DNA of 64,000 bases, taken from positions 312 to 64,311 of IMG/VR virus record IMGVR_UViG_3300006204_000010. One strand, given 5' to 3'. Positions 19,818 to 29,108 of this stretch are shown here, in pieces. A program made the translations under genes and the position numbers. This stretch comes from a virus (taxonomy: Duplodnaviria; Caudoviricetes). Numbering within the stretch: position 1 is the first letter of the stretch; the number at the start of each line of letters is the position of its first letter. The notes under the pieces are model-generated. The model saw only the letters and a program-made list of their open reading frames with translations, did no database searches and was not told the origin of the DNA.

Positions 19818-20738
19818 TCATGCCATTTTATTATAGATATTCCCATCTACATTAAAATCAATCGCATAAGCTTCTTCATATTCGCCTCGTTCATTTGGAA
19901 TATACGCTTTCTTCACATCAAACTCCACATAATTATCTCCATTCGGGCAATCCAAGTCGTAAATCCAGCCGACCACCATGCCCGCTTTTGTATCCGGCAT
20001 TCCAAGCATGTCATAAACGTCATTTAAAGTAAGATGCCCGATTGCCCGGAGTTTGTCATTTGCGTAATTTTGCTGCGCCTGTAAGAACATTTCCACGAAA
20101 TCAGAATTTTCCTCCCAGTTTGGATTGCTCCTTGTCAGATACCGTAAATATCCGCTGACGTTTGGGTCTGCCGTTTCAATCGTCTTTTTTACCTTCTTTT
20201 CTTTGCCTTTTTCGTCGGTCACAATTTCCTCTACTTCAGTTACTTTTATATTATACTTAAGCTGGCGGTCCACCTCAGAGCCAAACCGTTCCATTACCCG
20301 GCTCCGGTACTCTTTAAATCCCTGCCCTAACACTGCATAAGCCGCCGCCAGAGCCTTCCCTTCTTTCCGCAATATCACATTTGAAGCCAGAATGCTGCTG
20401 ATAGACAATATCCCAACGCTAATTGCCGGTCCATAAAGCTTTGCCAGTTTTACGCCTGTATGCGCATACACAATCGCTGTATCTTTCTTTGCATCGTCAG
20501 CACTATATTCATCTTCCATGTCAGAATTGTCCGCGCATTCCTGTATCTTATCCAGTTTGTCTTTTGTTTCCTCTAAAATATCATCAATTTTCGTCGTCGC
20601 CTTACAAGCCATGACCGCGCTCGCCACTGCTCCGGCAATGCCGATAGCCACCAATATTTCCGGGCTGCGTTTTTTCAGCCCAAAAGCCATCTTATGTAAC
20701 CCTCTGCTCATTTTGTTCATTAATTCGCTATTTTTCAT
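19818..20738 (-). CDS. DUF6353-like phage protein, paralog 1
   Basis: LKKRSPEILVAIGIAGAVASAVMACKAT... conserved paralog N-terminus. Confidence 0.65.
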   Translation of the reverse strand: MKNSELMNKMSRGLHKMAFGLKKRSPEILVAIGIAGAVASAVMACKATTKIDDILEETKDKLDKIQECADNSDMEDEYSADDAKKDTAIVYAHTGVKLAKLYGPAISVGILSISSILASNVILRKEGKALAAAYAVLGQGFKEYRSRVMERFGSEVDRQLKYNIKVTEVEEIVTDEKGKEKKVKKTIETADPNVSGYLRYLTRSNPNWEENSDFVEMFLQAQQNYANDKLRAIGHLTLNDVYDMLGMPDTKAGMVVGWIYDLDCPNGDNYVEFDVKKAYIPNERGEYEEAYAIDFNVDGNIYNKMA

Positions 20739-20777
20739 TCTCCTTTAATCTCCTTTTCCATATAATTTTAATCTAGG

Positions 20778-21365
20778 TTAATTTAACGGCAAAGCCCGCG
20801 GCAGTTTTATCATATAACCATCGCGAACCCGAACCACCGAAGCAGTCCTGACATCTGTCCAGCCATACTTATTATCCGTATAATTTCCGGTAACTCCTAC
20901 TAAATCATAGAAATCCGCAACGCTTACAATCCCATAAGTGTCGATCAACTCGTCCATACGGAACAACACTTCCTCCGCTTCCCCGCGGTTATCCAGAATA
21001 ATGTCGTCATAATCGTATCCTGATTTCGTCCGGTTTAAACTGCCTTCCCTGCGGCTGTCCCGTTTCTCATAATAACTGCGGTAAGAAACCTTCGAAGCCG
21101 CCCCATCTTTTTTCATACGGCCGTTTTCACCGTATAAAACCATATCAATTCCATTTGTCACAACGTCCGATATTGCTTTTTTCAATGCTGGCACAAGCAC
21201 GTCCATTAAAATATAAGATTTTACTTTCTGGGCGTCTTCCTGAATAAACACATTCGCAAACTTCTGGATTTCACTTTTCTTTCTGGATTTTACAGAGCCG
21301 CTTACAATTTTTTCTACCTTCTTATTCTCTTTCGATTTATGTGAATTAGATTTGTATTCTTCCAC
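20778..21365 (-). CDS. Conserved hypothetical phage protein
   Basis: GTG start after SD (AAGGAGA); ORF track frame. Confidence 0.6.
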   Translation of the reverse strand: MEEYKSNSHKSKENKKVEKIVSGSVKSRKKSEIQKFANVFIQEDAQKVKSYILMDVLVPALKKAISDVVTNGIDMVLYGENGRMKKDGAASKVSYRSYYEKRDSRREGSLNRTKSGYDYDDIILDNRGEAEEVLFRMDELIDTYGIVSVADFYDLVGVTGNYTDNKYGWTDVRTASVVRVRDGYMIKLPRALPLN

Positions 21366-21449
21366 GGTTTTGTCTCCTTTCAAACGCAATATAAAAAAGA
21401 AAAGAGAAAGCATCTTATTACAGACGCCTCTCCTTTCTTCCACCAAACA

Positions 21450-21701
21450 TTATTTGGATTCTTTCGTTTCTCTTTCCGCTTCCGTTTCTTCCACTATTTC
21501 AGAATCAACCACATCGTCTTTCTGCTTCTTCCTGTTCCTGATTTTAGTGATTACAGGTTTCGCAATCTTACAGAGCGCAACGCCCGCAAGAATGCCGATA
21601 CCCAAACCAGCCGCCATCTTAAAGTTTCCATTTGAAGCCGCTTCTGTAATTTCCTCTGCCCCAGTTTCAATAAGTTCTTCGTTCAATTTGTTTGTTTCCA
21701 T
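21450..21701 (-). CDS. Small single-TM protein
   Basis: ORF track; class I motif upstream. Confidence 0.55.
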   Translation of the reverse strand: METNKLNEELIETGAEEITEAASNGNFKMAAGLGIGILAGVALCKIAKPVITKIRNRKKQKDDVVDSEIVEETEAERETKESK

Positions 21702-21744
21702 ATTTCTTCCTCCTTAAATTGTTTGTTTTTATGTGGATTCTTTC

Positions 21745-21770
21745 CATTAAAGGCTATGTTTTTTTCGCGT
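21745..21770 (-). promoter_or_regulatory. Phage promoter-like motif (class I)
   Basis: ACGCGAAAAAAACA-TAGCCTT-TAATG. Confidence 0.6.
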
Positions 21771-21772
21771 AA

Positions 21773-22597
21773 TCATAGTAAAGAACGGAACGAATATCTT
21801 GGAGATACCCGATAACCGATCACTAGGCATGGTGTATCATCTTCTGCTAATTGGGAGCTAAACTCTAAATCAACCAGCCCATCTTCAATATTCCAGCCAA
21901 GATCGTCCCCTATATCCGTCTGGTTCAAGCCTATTTCATAATAGAACTCGTTTAGGGAAATATACATTTCGCTGAGAAGCCTTTTATTCATCATGTTTTC
22001 CACTTTACGCAATTTTTCAATGTCGCATTTAAAATATCTTGATGTAATTGAATCGTAACAAAGCGTTTCCCCTTTACCTGTAATAATCACTTCTTTGTTG
22101 ACAACCGGATCGCGTTTTAGTTTGTCCTTCGCAACCGAATCCCGTATGCCCTGTTCTTTTTTCTCCCCGATTGTCTCAATGACTTTCTCCTGATACTCCT
22201 TCAAAGCGGATTCCGAAAGTGAATATGCAGTCGCCAAAGCCGCCGTTCGCCTTGCATTTACAGAACTTGCGCCTATCAAGCAGGCAATGGACAATACACC
22301 CGTTACGGCAGATGGAATATAACAAGTCCATGCAACGCGTATTGCTTCCACAGGTTTCAATTTTTCGATTTCTTCGCATTCTCCGCTGTCTGTTTCATTT
22401 GCAGCGGCTTTCAATTCGTCATTTTTTCGCTGTTTCTCCTGTTCAAGCAGCAGCAAAGCCTTTGGAGTTGCGCGTACCGCCAAAACAGCGGTCGTTACCA
22501 TACCGGCGATGCCAATGCCTGTCAAAATTTCCGGGCTGTGTTTCTGTAAACCGAACCGCAGGCCTTTGATAACTTTTATAACATTTAATTTGTTCAT
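21773..22597 (-). CDS. DUF6353-like phage protein, paralog 2
   Basis: LQKHSPEILTGIGIAGMVTTAVLAVRATPKA...ISLNEFYYEIGL. Confidence 0.65.
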   Translation of the reverse strand: MNKLNVIKVIKGLRFGLQKHSPEILTGIGIAGMVTTAVLAVRATPKALLLLEQEKQRKNDELKAAANETDSGECEEIEKLKPVEAIRVAWTCYIPSAVTGVLSIACLIGASSVNARRTAALATAYSLSESALKEYQEKVIETIGEKKEQGIRDSVAKDKLKRDPVVNKEVIITGKGETLCYDSITSRYFKCDIEKLRKVENMMNKRLLSEMYISLNEFYYEIGLNQTDIGDDLGWNIEDGLVDLEFSSQLAEDDTPCLVIGYRVSPRYSFRSLL

Positions 22598-22730
22598 ATG
22601 TTCTCCTTTCAAAAATAAACATAAAAATAGCCCGCGTCTACCGTTTCGGATAGACCGAGCTTTGCTGTATAAAATATCATTTGTTTCGATTGCCTATTCA
22701 GGCGCTAATTCTTCTAATAGATGAATATCA

Positions 22731-22895
22731 TTACATAACCTTTTTAATGTCGCACTCCTTAACTGCTATGGTTTCCCAATCAGGTCCGGGTAAATCAACA
22801 TCCACTAAATATACTTCACCATCTCCAAAAATTTCCACAACTGAAGCCGTTCGCCCGTCTTTTAAAAGGATCTTATCATACTGATTAATATTCAT
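22731..22895 (-). CDS. 54-aa putative immunity protein (DUF4926-like) MNINQYDKILLKDGRTASVVEIFGDGEVYLVDVDLPGPDWETIAVKECDIKKVM
   Basis: Manually translated, not in ORF track; ATGA-coupled to the upstream toxin-like gene. Confidence 0.65.
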   Translation of the reverse strand: MNINQYDKILLKDGRTASVVEIFGDGEVYLVDVDLPGPDWETIAVKECDIKKVM

Positions 22896-23461
22896 TCTCT
22901 CACCTTCTTTTTTGTTACATAAATACTTGTCAATCTATAATCTCCTTCTTCTTCAATCCAGCCTGTCAATACATTTGCTTCTTTTCCATTTGGACCTTTT
23001 AATCTCATAACATGTTCATAACGCATACCATATCCATCATCAGTTTTTTCTACTAATTTATCCTTATCAAAATGAGCATTAACATTATCAATCAATTCTT
23101 GAGCATTCTTTTTTGTATACCCTAGAGCTTTTTTGAATGCACTCGCTTTATCAGGTTGCCTGTCAAAATCAAGAGCATACTTAGTCAATTTCTCTATCGA
23201 AATTTTCGCAAAATATTGCAAGTTTGATTTAATTCTATCACCTTTACCAGATTTTGCAATCCCTTTTCCGCCGCTTCTGTCAAGCGGATAAGGAGGTCCA
23301 TTCCTCACGCCCCACTTTTGCCCTTTTACGCCATGATGGTAAATCTCTCTTGAAAACAATTCCCTATTCATTATTGCAGAAAAATGATTCTTTACCCACT
23401 CACGCCCACGGTTTATTTTATTAAAATCTAAATCTGAAATTTTTTGCCGAAAGTCAAACAA
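22892..23461 (-). CDS. HHG..KWG-module protein with DUF6883-like putative toxin domain
   Basis: HHGVKGQKWGVRNGPPYP followed by EKLTKYALD...KASAF..ALGY...YGMRY...GPNG..ANVLTGWI. Confidence 0.65.
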   Translation of the reverse strand: MFDFRQKISDLDFNKINRGREWVKNHFSAIMNRELFSREIYHHGVKGQKWGVRNGPPYPLDRSGGKGIAKSGKGDRIKSNLQYFAKISIEKLTKYALDFDRQPDKASAFKKALGYTKKNAQELIDNVNAHFDKDKLVEKTDDGYGMRYEHVMRLKGPNGKEANVLTGWIEEEGDYRLTSIYVTKKKVRE

Positions 23462-23481
23462 CCTTCTCTTTCACCTCCATA

Positions 23482-23784
23482 CTATTTCATCGCAATCAAC
23501 ACATCTAAAATATCTTCCCCCGTATCCCGCGCAATGGAAAATATCATTGCAGTCTTTCCTTTTTTACGCGAAAAGCAATTCATCTTATGCACAAAATCTT
23601 CCACTGCCAGAATCGGCGATATGCCTTCTGATTCTACAATACATTTCATAATCTCTTTTACCGCCCACTTCTGATAAGACTTCAACTGAATATAGTCGTG
23701 CGCCCAATACCAATTCGAGCTTTCTACTCTTAGACGTTCCTCTGCGAAATCGCGAATCACTGACAAAATATAACTTTTATCCAT
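23482..23784 (-). CDS. Conserved hypothetical phage protein
   Basis: ORF track; SD GGAGGCG. Confidence 0.55.
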   Translation of the reverse strand: MDKSYILSVIRDFAEERLRVESSNWYWAHDYIQLKSYQKWAVKEIMKCIVESEGISPILAVEDFVHKMNCFSRKKGKTAMIFSIARDTGEDILDVLIAMK

Positions 23785-23825
23785 ACCACGCCTCCCATAT
23801 GCACAAAAAAGAAAAGAGCCTATGT

Positions 23826-23981
23826 TTAAGACTCTTTTTCTCTTTTATCAAATGCTTCATTTACTTTTCTCTCTACTTTTTCTTCCATCTTTTTTTCATC
23901 TACCCAATCCGAAATAAGCGTTGCCGCTATTCCGATTACAGATGCCGTAATACCGGCAAGCCTAAGCAATGATCTTTTCAT
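23826..23981 (-). CDS. 51-aa single-TM protein (MKRSLLRLAGITASVIGIAATLISDW...)
   Basis: Manually translated; class I motif and GAAAGGAGG SD upstream. Confidence 0.55.
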   Translation of the reverse strand: MKRSLLRLAGITASVIGIAATLISDWVDEKKMEEKVERKVNEAFDKREKES

Positions 23982-23998
23982 AAAGCATTCCTCCTTTC

Positions 23999-24024
23999 CA
24001 TAAAAGAACTTGTTTCTTTCGCGT
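23999..24024 (-). promoter_or_regulatory. Phage promoter-like motif (class I)
   Basis: ACGCGAAAGAAACA-AGTTCTT-TTATG directly followed by an SD. Confidence 0.6.
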
Positions 24025-24029
24025 AAATG

Positions 24030-24734
24030 TCAGTATTCCCACTCCTCCAATACTTCCGGATAAAATATCATGTCAATCGAATAGCAGGCTGCGCCTCCGT
24101 CGTCGTTATCAATCATTCTGTGCTCAAAATCAATCCAGCCCATTCCAGAAATAACAGACCAGCCTGCAATCCCTCCATATTCAGTTGGCGGCAAACCCAA
24201 AAACTCATAAAATTCATTCAAAAACGCATACCCTCTGAGCGCAAAATTCCGGTTCAGATGATATTCCGCATCCATAATCTCCCTTTCATAACAAAAGACC
24301 GACTCTCCTGAAATTTCATCATAGAATAGGGCTTTTTCATCTGGCTTATCAAATCCTATCTGATGAAAATTACAATGTTCCCTTGCCATGGCATTCCTAA
24401 TTTCAATATCCACATCTTTTCCATACAATTCAGTCAATTTTCTTCTATATTCCTGATAAGAATTGTTTATCAAAGAATAAGCTCCTATAAGACTTGCCTG
24501 CCGTTTTTTGTTCAGCGTATGTACCCCAAATATACAGCAAATTGTCCCAAGCCCAAGCATAATTGCCGGAATATAAACAGGGGCAGCCTTTAAAAACAAT
24601 TCCTTTTTACATAAACCTTCATTTTCGGGTTTTTTTAATATCTTTTCTGCTTTGAGCACCGCCTTCGCTGTCATTACCGCTGTTCCTACAACCCCAAACG
24701 TTGCAAAACAACATAAAATTATAGATTTTTTCAT
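24030..24734 (-). CDS. DUF6353-like phage protein, paralog 3
   Basis: TFGVVGTAVMTAKA...FLNEFYEFLGL...GW. Confidence 0.6.
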   Translation of the reverse strand: MKKSIILCCFATFGVVGTAVMTAKAVLKAEKILKKPENEGLCKKELFLKAAPVYIPAIMLGLGTICCIFGVHTLNKKRQASLIGAYSLINNSYQEYRRKLTELYGKDVDIEIRNAMAREHCNFHQIGFDKPDEKALFYDEISGESVFCYEREIMDAEYHLNRNFALRGYAFLNEFYEFLGLPPTEYGGIAGWSVISGMGWIDFEHRMIDNDDGGAACYSIDMIFYPEVLEEWEY

Positions 24735-25648
24735 TTTTTGCCCTTTCCTTTCACAGTAAAAAAATCTTTCCAAGAAAATGCTTTTTTCTTACTGCTATGC
24801 TTTTTCACTACAACTTTCTTTTGCTCTATGTGTTCTGGTAAAATCACTTTTTCCTCTTTTGGCGTTTGAAGCGCCTCTGACTCCCCATTTCCCATAAAAT
24901 TCCCACAGGAACAAAAACGGCGTATTGCCCAAATATCTGAAAAATACAATGGCGTAAACCAAATATCTTCCGGTTTATGTGAGAGCGGCTCCAGCACGGT
25001 TCCGCCAATCGAATCAGTAAGTGAATTACCTACAACTATATATCCCGGACACCCCAGAAGGCTTATTTGGATATAACTCATCATTGCCGCTAAAGGATCA
25101 ATATCTTGTCCCACAAAAAAGACAGATTGCTGATAATTCACTTTTAAACTATTTTTACAAACGTCCGCAAATGCCATCAGCATACACCCCGCCCCACAAC
25201 AAGAGTCATTAACAGAAATATAACCTTCCGAGTCAATTTTTCCTGCAATGGCATCGTCCATCTGAATCTTCGCCATCAATTCAGCTATATGCCATGGCGT
25301 AAAAAATTGTCCTTTATTCTCATTTCCAAAATTAAGTTTCATATAAAGGCTTCCAAGAAAATCCTGCGCCGGATTTTCGTCCAAAGCCGATACCGTAACG
25401 GCAAGTAATTCACAAAGCTGCTCTATTTCTTCTTTCGAATATCTTTTCACCGTCTCCAGATAGGAATCCTCCCTTAACTTTTGGACATCCGATCTATGAT
25501 CCACCGCATTTGCAATCGCACAGGCAGACATCATCACGAAATCCCTCCATACCTGCCATGTGTGATGCCGATAGCAAAGCCGGTGAAATATGTCCAAAAA
25601 ACTCTTTTCAAATTCTGTACTGCCAACCATTTCTCTGTTCTTTCCCAT
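24731..25648 (-). CDS. N6-adenine DNA methyltransferase-like protein (HsdM-like, apparently lacking the NPP(F/Y) motif)
   Basis: GQFFTP, NDSCCGAGCML (SAM binding), GQDID; no NPPY/F seen. Confidence 0.7.
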   Translation of the reverse strand: MGKNREMVGSTEFEKSFLDIFHRLCYRHHTWQVWRDFVMMSACAIANAVDHRSDVQKLREDSYLETVKRYSKEEIEQLCELLAVTVSALDENPAQDFLGSLYMKLNFGNENKGQFFTPWHIAELMAKIQMDDAIAGKIDSEGYISVNDSCCGAGCMLMAFADVCKNSLKVNYQQSVFFVGQDIDPLAAMMSYIQISLLGCPGYIVVGNSLTDSIGGTVLEPLSHKPEDIWFTPLYFSDIWAIRRFCSCGNFMGNGESEALQTPKEEKVILPEHIEQKKVVVKKHSSKKKAFSWKDFFTVKGKGKK

Positions 25649-25714
25649 CCTAATTCTCCTTTCAGCAAAAAAATAGAAGCCTTTGTCTCGACTTCAACTA
25701 AACTAACTGTTTCT

Positions 25715-25740
25715 CATAATAAGAACTGTTTTTTCGCGCA
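25715..25740 (-). promoter_or_regulatory. Phage promoter-like motif (class I)
   Basis: TGCGCGAAAAAACA-GTTCTTA-TTATG. Confidence 0.5.
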
Positions 25741-25780
25741 AAAAGAAAGAGACCATGTTTTCATGATCTCTTTTCCCATA

Positions 25781-25993
25781 TCAACCAACTTTCTTTAAAA
25801 TCTTTAAGAGTTCCCCTTTACTTAATTCTGCATCTACATCTAAATGAACATGCGCTGTTCCATCTGTAATCGCAGCCGTTAATCCATTCAACTGAATATC
25901 TATTTCACAACCCAGTTTCTTTTTTAACACACTCTTCACAAATTTCGCGATCAAGTTCTTCGTAAACGCTGAATTAATTTTCATTTCGTCCAT
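25781..25993 (-). CDS. Small conserved phage protein
   Basis: ORF track; SD AAGGAG. Confidence 0.55.
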   Translation of the reverse strand: MDEMKINSAFTKNLIAKFVKSVLKKKLGCEIDIQLNGLTAAITDGTAHVHLDVDAELSKGELLKILKKVG

Positions 25994-26026
25994 ACTCCTT
26001 TTCTCCTTTCATAATCGTCTATGTTT

Positions 26027-26052
26027 CATTAAAGGACTTGTAAATTTCGCTA
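26027..26052 (-). promoter_or_regulatory. Phage promoter-like motif (class I)
   Basis: TAGCGAAATTTACA-AGTCCTT-TAATG. Confidence 0.5.
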
Positions 26053-26409
26053 AATCTCTTTTCTGTCAAACACCGTTTCCCATCTCTCTTTTGGCATCGG
26101 TTTCATTTTCAATGCCCACATCATTTGCCGGACTGTCACTGTAGGATAAAGCCCCTCTATGCGCTCATGCGCGCGTTCATCAAAATATTTCTTAAAATTC
26201 GGATGCAAATATAAATCATTGCACAGCCAAGGATCAACCTCACCCCACCATGTGCTTTTTGTTTTCCTGTCAAATCTTTGTTGAATCACTGCTATTCCTT
26301 TGTCTCTAATCTTAAATAATGTACAAGTATTATAAACCGGATGGCTGCAAATATGACGCTCTCCATACATCGGAACAAAATTTTTAGGTTTTTTATAATG
26401 ATAACGCAT
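26050..26409 (-). CDS. Conserved hypothetical phage protein
   Basis: ORF track; SD AAGGAGA. Confidence 0.6.
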   Translation of the reverse strand: MRYHYKKPKNFVPMYGERHICSHPVYNTCTLFKIRDKGIAVIQQRFDRKTKSTWWGEVDPWLCNDLYLHPNFKKYFDERAHERIEGLYPTVTVRQMMWALKMKPMPKERWETVFDRKEI

Positions 26410-26593
26410 GATCTCTCCTTATCTAAATAAGTAAAGAAAATAACTGGTAAATTCCGTACTGATATGCTACTATATTTTCAAAAGAAACGATGTGGCGGAC
26501 CGTATCCACTTTGCCGCGATGGCTGTTCGGCATTTGACGATTAATCATAAAATAAAAGAGTCCTTGTTTTAGGACTCTCTTTTCTAGTAAATA

Positions 26594-26776
26594 TTATTGT
26601 TTCTTTTTTAATTCTTGTAATTCATCTTCTATATGCCTAAGCATATTTAGAATTGTCTGATTCTGAATATAAAGTATCATTTCAGCTTTCGTTCCATTTT
26701 CGTAAACTTTACTTCTCATTTCATCATCAAACGCTTTTTCTTCTGCGTTCCTTGCATAATACTTAGATAAATTCAT
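26594..26776 (-). CDS. Small hypothetical protein
   Basis: GGAGG SD; between a class I motif and a terminator. Confidence 0.5.
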   Translation of the reverse strand: MNLSKYYARNAEEKAFDDEMRSKVYENGTKAEMILYIQNQTILNMLRHIEDELQELKKKQ

Positions 26777-26802
26777 CAAAAACACCTCCATAATATATTT
26801 TT

Positions 26803-26828
26803 CATAATATCCCTTGTTTTTTTCGCGA
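26803..26828 (-). promoter_or_regulatory. Phage promoter-like motif (class I)
   Basis: TCGCGAAAAAAACA-AGGGATA-TTATG. Confidence 0.6.
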
Positions 26829-26876
26829 AAAAAAAACGAAAAGCTCGTGTATTCCACACAAGCTTTTATAATATAT

Positions 26877-27134
26877 TTAATGAATATTTAGATTTAATTT
26901 TTCTACATTATTCTTAATAAATCTGCGGGTTTGTTCTAAATCACAAACTGTTGTTTTATCATAACGGCTATCACTAAAAGATGTTTTGCCAATAGATCGT
27001 TTCTGTAAGACCCCTCCAATAATCGTATACAGATTCTCTTCCTCCTTATTCTTACTTTTGTAATACGTCCGATCCCTGAACCCTTCATTTGCAATAAGAA
27101 TCTTATCGATATTTTCTTTTGTGAAGCGTATCAT
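26877..27134 (-). CDS. Small basic hypothetical protein
   Basis: GAGGAGG SD, AT-rich. Confidence 0.55.
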   Translation of the reverse strand: MIRFTKENIDKILIANEGFRDRTYYKSKNKEEENLYTIIGGVLQKRSIGKTSFSDSRYDKTTVCDLEQTRRFIKNNVEKLNLNIH

Positions 27135-27229
27135 ATTTTTCCTCCTCTTTTTAAATCTTAAAATATTATACCATTATATGTGAAAAAAAGAAAGGAGTTG
27201 TAAAATTATATCACAACTCCTCCGCTCCC

Positions 27230-27544
27230 TTAATAAGTTACATGAATATTATATTTTATATCTGTCAAACACATATAGATTGTTACTTTTTTCATTTTTG
27301 ATATCTGAAATTCAAACTCAAATTCATTATCTAAACCCTCATGCCAATTACTGCTCAGTGTTTGCATATCTGTTGAAATGCCATCTTCACTATAGTCAGC
27401 ATACACAATGATCTGACGTGATCTCATCATAGTTGATTCAATAAATATCAAATAAAAATTCCAAAGTTCTCCTCCTTCGTCATCTAAAATGCCAAATGTT
27501 AATTCATGTGTTCCTTGAGGAACGGAAAAATACATTTCATTCAT
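27230..27544 (-). CDS. Acidic hypothetical protein
   Basis: Start trimmed to MNEMYF after GAAAGGAG. Confidence 0.55.
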   Translation of the reverse strand: MNEMYFSVPQGTHELTFGILDDEGGELWNFYLIFIESTMMRSRQIIVYADYSEDGISTDMQTLSSNWHEGLDNEFEFEFQISKMKKVTIYMCLTDIKYNIHVTY

Positions 27545-27574
27545 AATTGTTACTCCTTTCGTTTTTATATTTTT

Positions 27575-27600
27575 CATAATAGCCCTTGTTTTTTCCGCGA
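27575..27600 (-). promoter_or_regulatory. Phage promoter-like motif (class I)
   Basis: TCGCGGAAAAAACA-AGGGCTA-TTATG. Confidence 0.6.
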
Positions 27601-27654
27601 AAAAAACGAAAAGCCCATGTATACAACACGGACTAATCGTCTGTTTCATTAAAT

Positions 27655-28089
27655 TCATTTCTTTGTCGGTTTAAACCGATTGAATAATCCCCTGAATGTC
27701 GTAGACGTATAGATTCCGGTTTCTTCAAACTTAAATCCTTTTTTCATCCAGACCGCATAGAATGCTAATGGCAATATAATTCCCGCCGCCTCTAATCCAA
27801 GCCTTATATATCGGTCTTTCGCCTGTTCCGCTAATTGGTCTTTTTTAAACTGATCCTCACTCTCCTGTCTGTCCAGTTCACGCTCTTCACGTTTGCTTTC
27901 CATCAATCTGCGATTACACGTTTCGTTCCAATCTGCGTCAGACTTTCTTTCCTCTAATTCCAGTTTATAGAGTTTAGCAATATCTTCAACCGCCATTTGT
28001 TTCTCTTTGCTTCCGGATTCCAAATTCTTTAAACTCTCAAATTCACTTAAAATCTCCTCCGTCAACACTTTCCTGATTTCATCTTCCAT
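27655..28089 (-). CDS. Coiled-coil protein with C-terminal TM
   Basis: ORF track; SD GAAAGGAG. Confidence 0.55.
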   Translation of the reverse strand: MEDEIRKVLTEEILSEFESLKNLESGSKEKQMAVEDIAKLYKLELEERKSDADWNETCNRRLMESKREERELDRQESEDQFKKDQLAEQAKDRYIRLGLEAAGIILPLAFYAVWMKKGFKFEETGIYTSTTFRGLFNRFKPTKK

Positions 28090-28123
28090 CGTTTTTTCTC
28101 CTTTCAATAATGAATTTTGTTTC

Positions 28124-28149
28124 CATAACAGGAAATGTTAATGACGCGA
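28124..28149 (-). promoter_or_regulatory. Phage promoter-like motif (class I)
   Basis: TCGCGTCATTAACA-TTTCCTG-TTATG overlapping the upstream stop codon. Confidence 0.55.
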
Positions 28150-28353
28150 AACAGCTCTGTTATCCTGAACTTTGAATTTTACAATATCATTCTGTTTCAA
28201 ATTCTTCATATCCTCCCGGTTGATTTCCAAAAACAAATACGAATCCTCTCCCGAATGATCCGATATAATCAAATTTCCCAGCGAGCCAATTTTTGACATC
28301 GGATATGCCGCGCATATCCCGATTATAATCCCAACGAACAAACCAATTATCAT
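28138..28353 (-). CDS. Small membrane protein
   Basis: MIIGLFVGIIIGICAAY; SD GAAAGGAG. Confidence 0.55.
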   Translation of the reverse strand: MIIGLFVGIIIGICAAYPMSKIGSLGNLIISDHSGEDSYLFLEINREDMKNLKQNDIVKFKVQDNRAVSRH

Positions 28354-28492
28354 AAGAAATGATTCTCCTTTCAAACTTTTTGCTTTTACTAAAATATCAT
28401 AAATACCCGTTGACTGCGTACTGATGTTATAAAAAAGAGAGCCTGTTTCCAAGCTCTCCGTATGCCATCATACCATTTCTTACTTACTGCCC

Positions 28493-28882
28493 CTAAATAT
28501 TCAACTCTTTTTTCAGCGCTGCTGTAAGAATAGCCGAAAAATTCACACCAGCCTTTTCAGCTTCAAAATTAAGCCACGATGGTATTGTACAATTTTTTTT
28601 CACCGCTTTTAGATCATTCTTTCTGCGGTACTCCTCAAAATCAACATCTACAAGAGTCACGATATCATACGCTGAATCTTTTTTTACATCAGATACTGCG
28701 GTAGGCTCTGGCAAAGATTCCCCTTCGTCTTCCATATCAATGCCAATAATGCCGATCGCATCCCTTGCCATTTTCATTGCATCCACAGTATCTTTCCCTT
28801 GTGTATTAATTTCAAAATCCGGAATATATACTACAGTATATTTTTCTCCCTTTGACAAAACAACTGGATATGCTTTTTTCAA
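28493..28882 (-). CDS. hicB: HicB family antitoxin
   Basis: YTVVYIPDFEINTQG...AMKMARDAIG; C-terminal KKNCTIPSWLNFEAEKAGVNFSAIL. Confidence 0.9.
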   Translation of the reverse strand: MKKAYPVVLSKGEKYTVVYIPDFEINTQGKDTVDAMKMARDAIGIIGIDMEDEGESLPEPTAVSDVKKDSAYDIVTLVDVDFEEYRRKNDLKAVKKNCTIPSWLNFEAEKAGVNFSAILTAALKKELNI

Positions 28883-28934
28883 ATCGCTAACCTCCTAATC
28901 TGATTTTATTTATTATATCCCATAGGCGCAAAGC

Positions 28935-29108
28935 TTATTTCAGCCCGTTCCGCTTGATAATTGCTTTTGCTAAATCTTCATCTGTTTCTCTATGCCTTAC
29001 AATAATCTCTCTCTTTCCGTCTTTTTCATAAACATCATGATTCCCTCCATGACGCTTAAACTTCCACCCATTTCTTTCAAGAAGTTTAACAAGGTCTTTC
29101 GTTTTCAT
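28935..29108 (-). CDS. hicA: HicA family toxin (57 aa)
   Basis: Manually translated MKRKDLVKLLERNGWKFKRHGGNHDVY...RHRE; promoter TTGACA-17-TATATT with ATACGCATATG repeat. Confidence 0.9.
   Translation of the reverse strand: MKTKDLVKLLERNGWKFKRHGGNHDVYEKDGKREIIVRHRETDEDLAKAIIKRNGLK

Noticed and set aside
26480-26545. GCGATGG..GTTC segment resembling a fluoride riboswitch
   Set aside because: It lacks the 3' UAAUGAC pseudoknot strand and is oriented opposite to the adjacent genes; treated as an unassigned hairpin.
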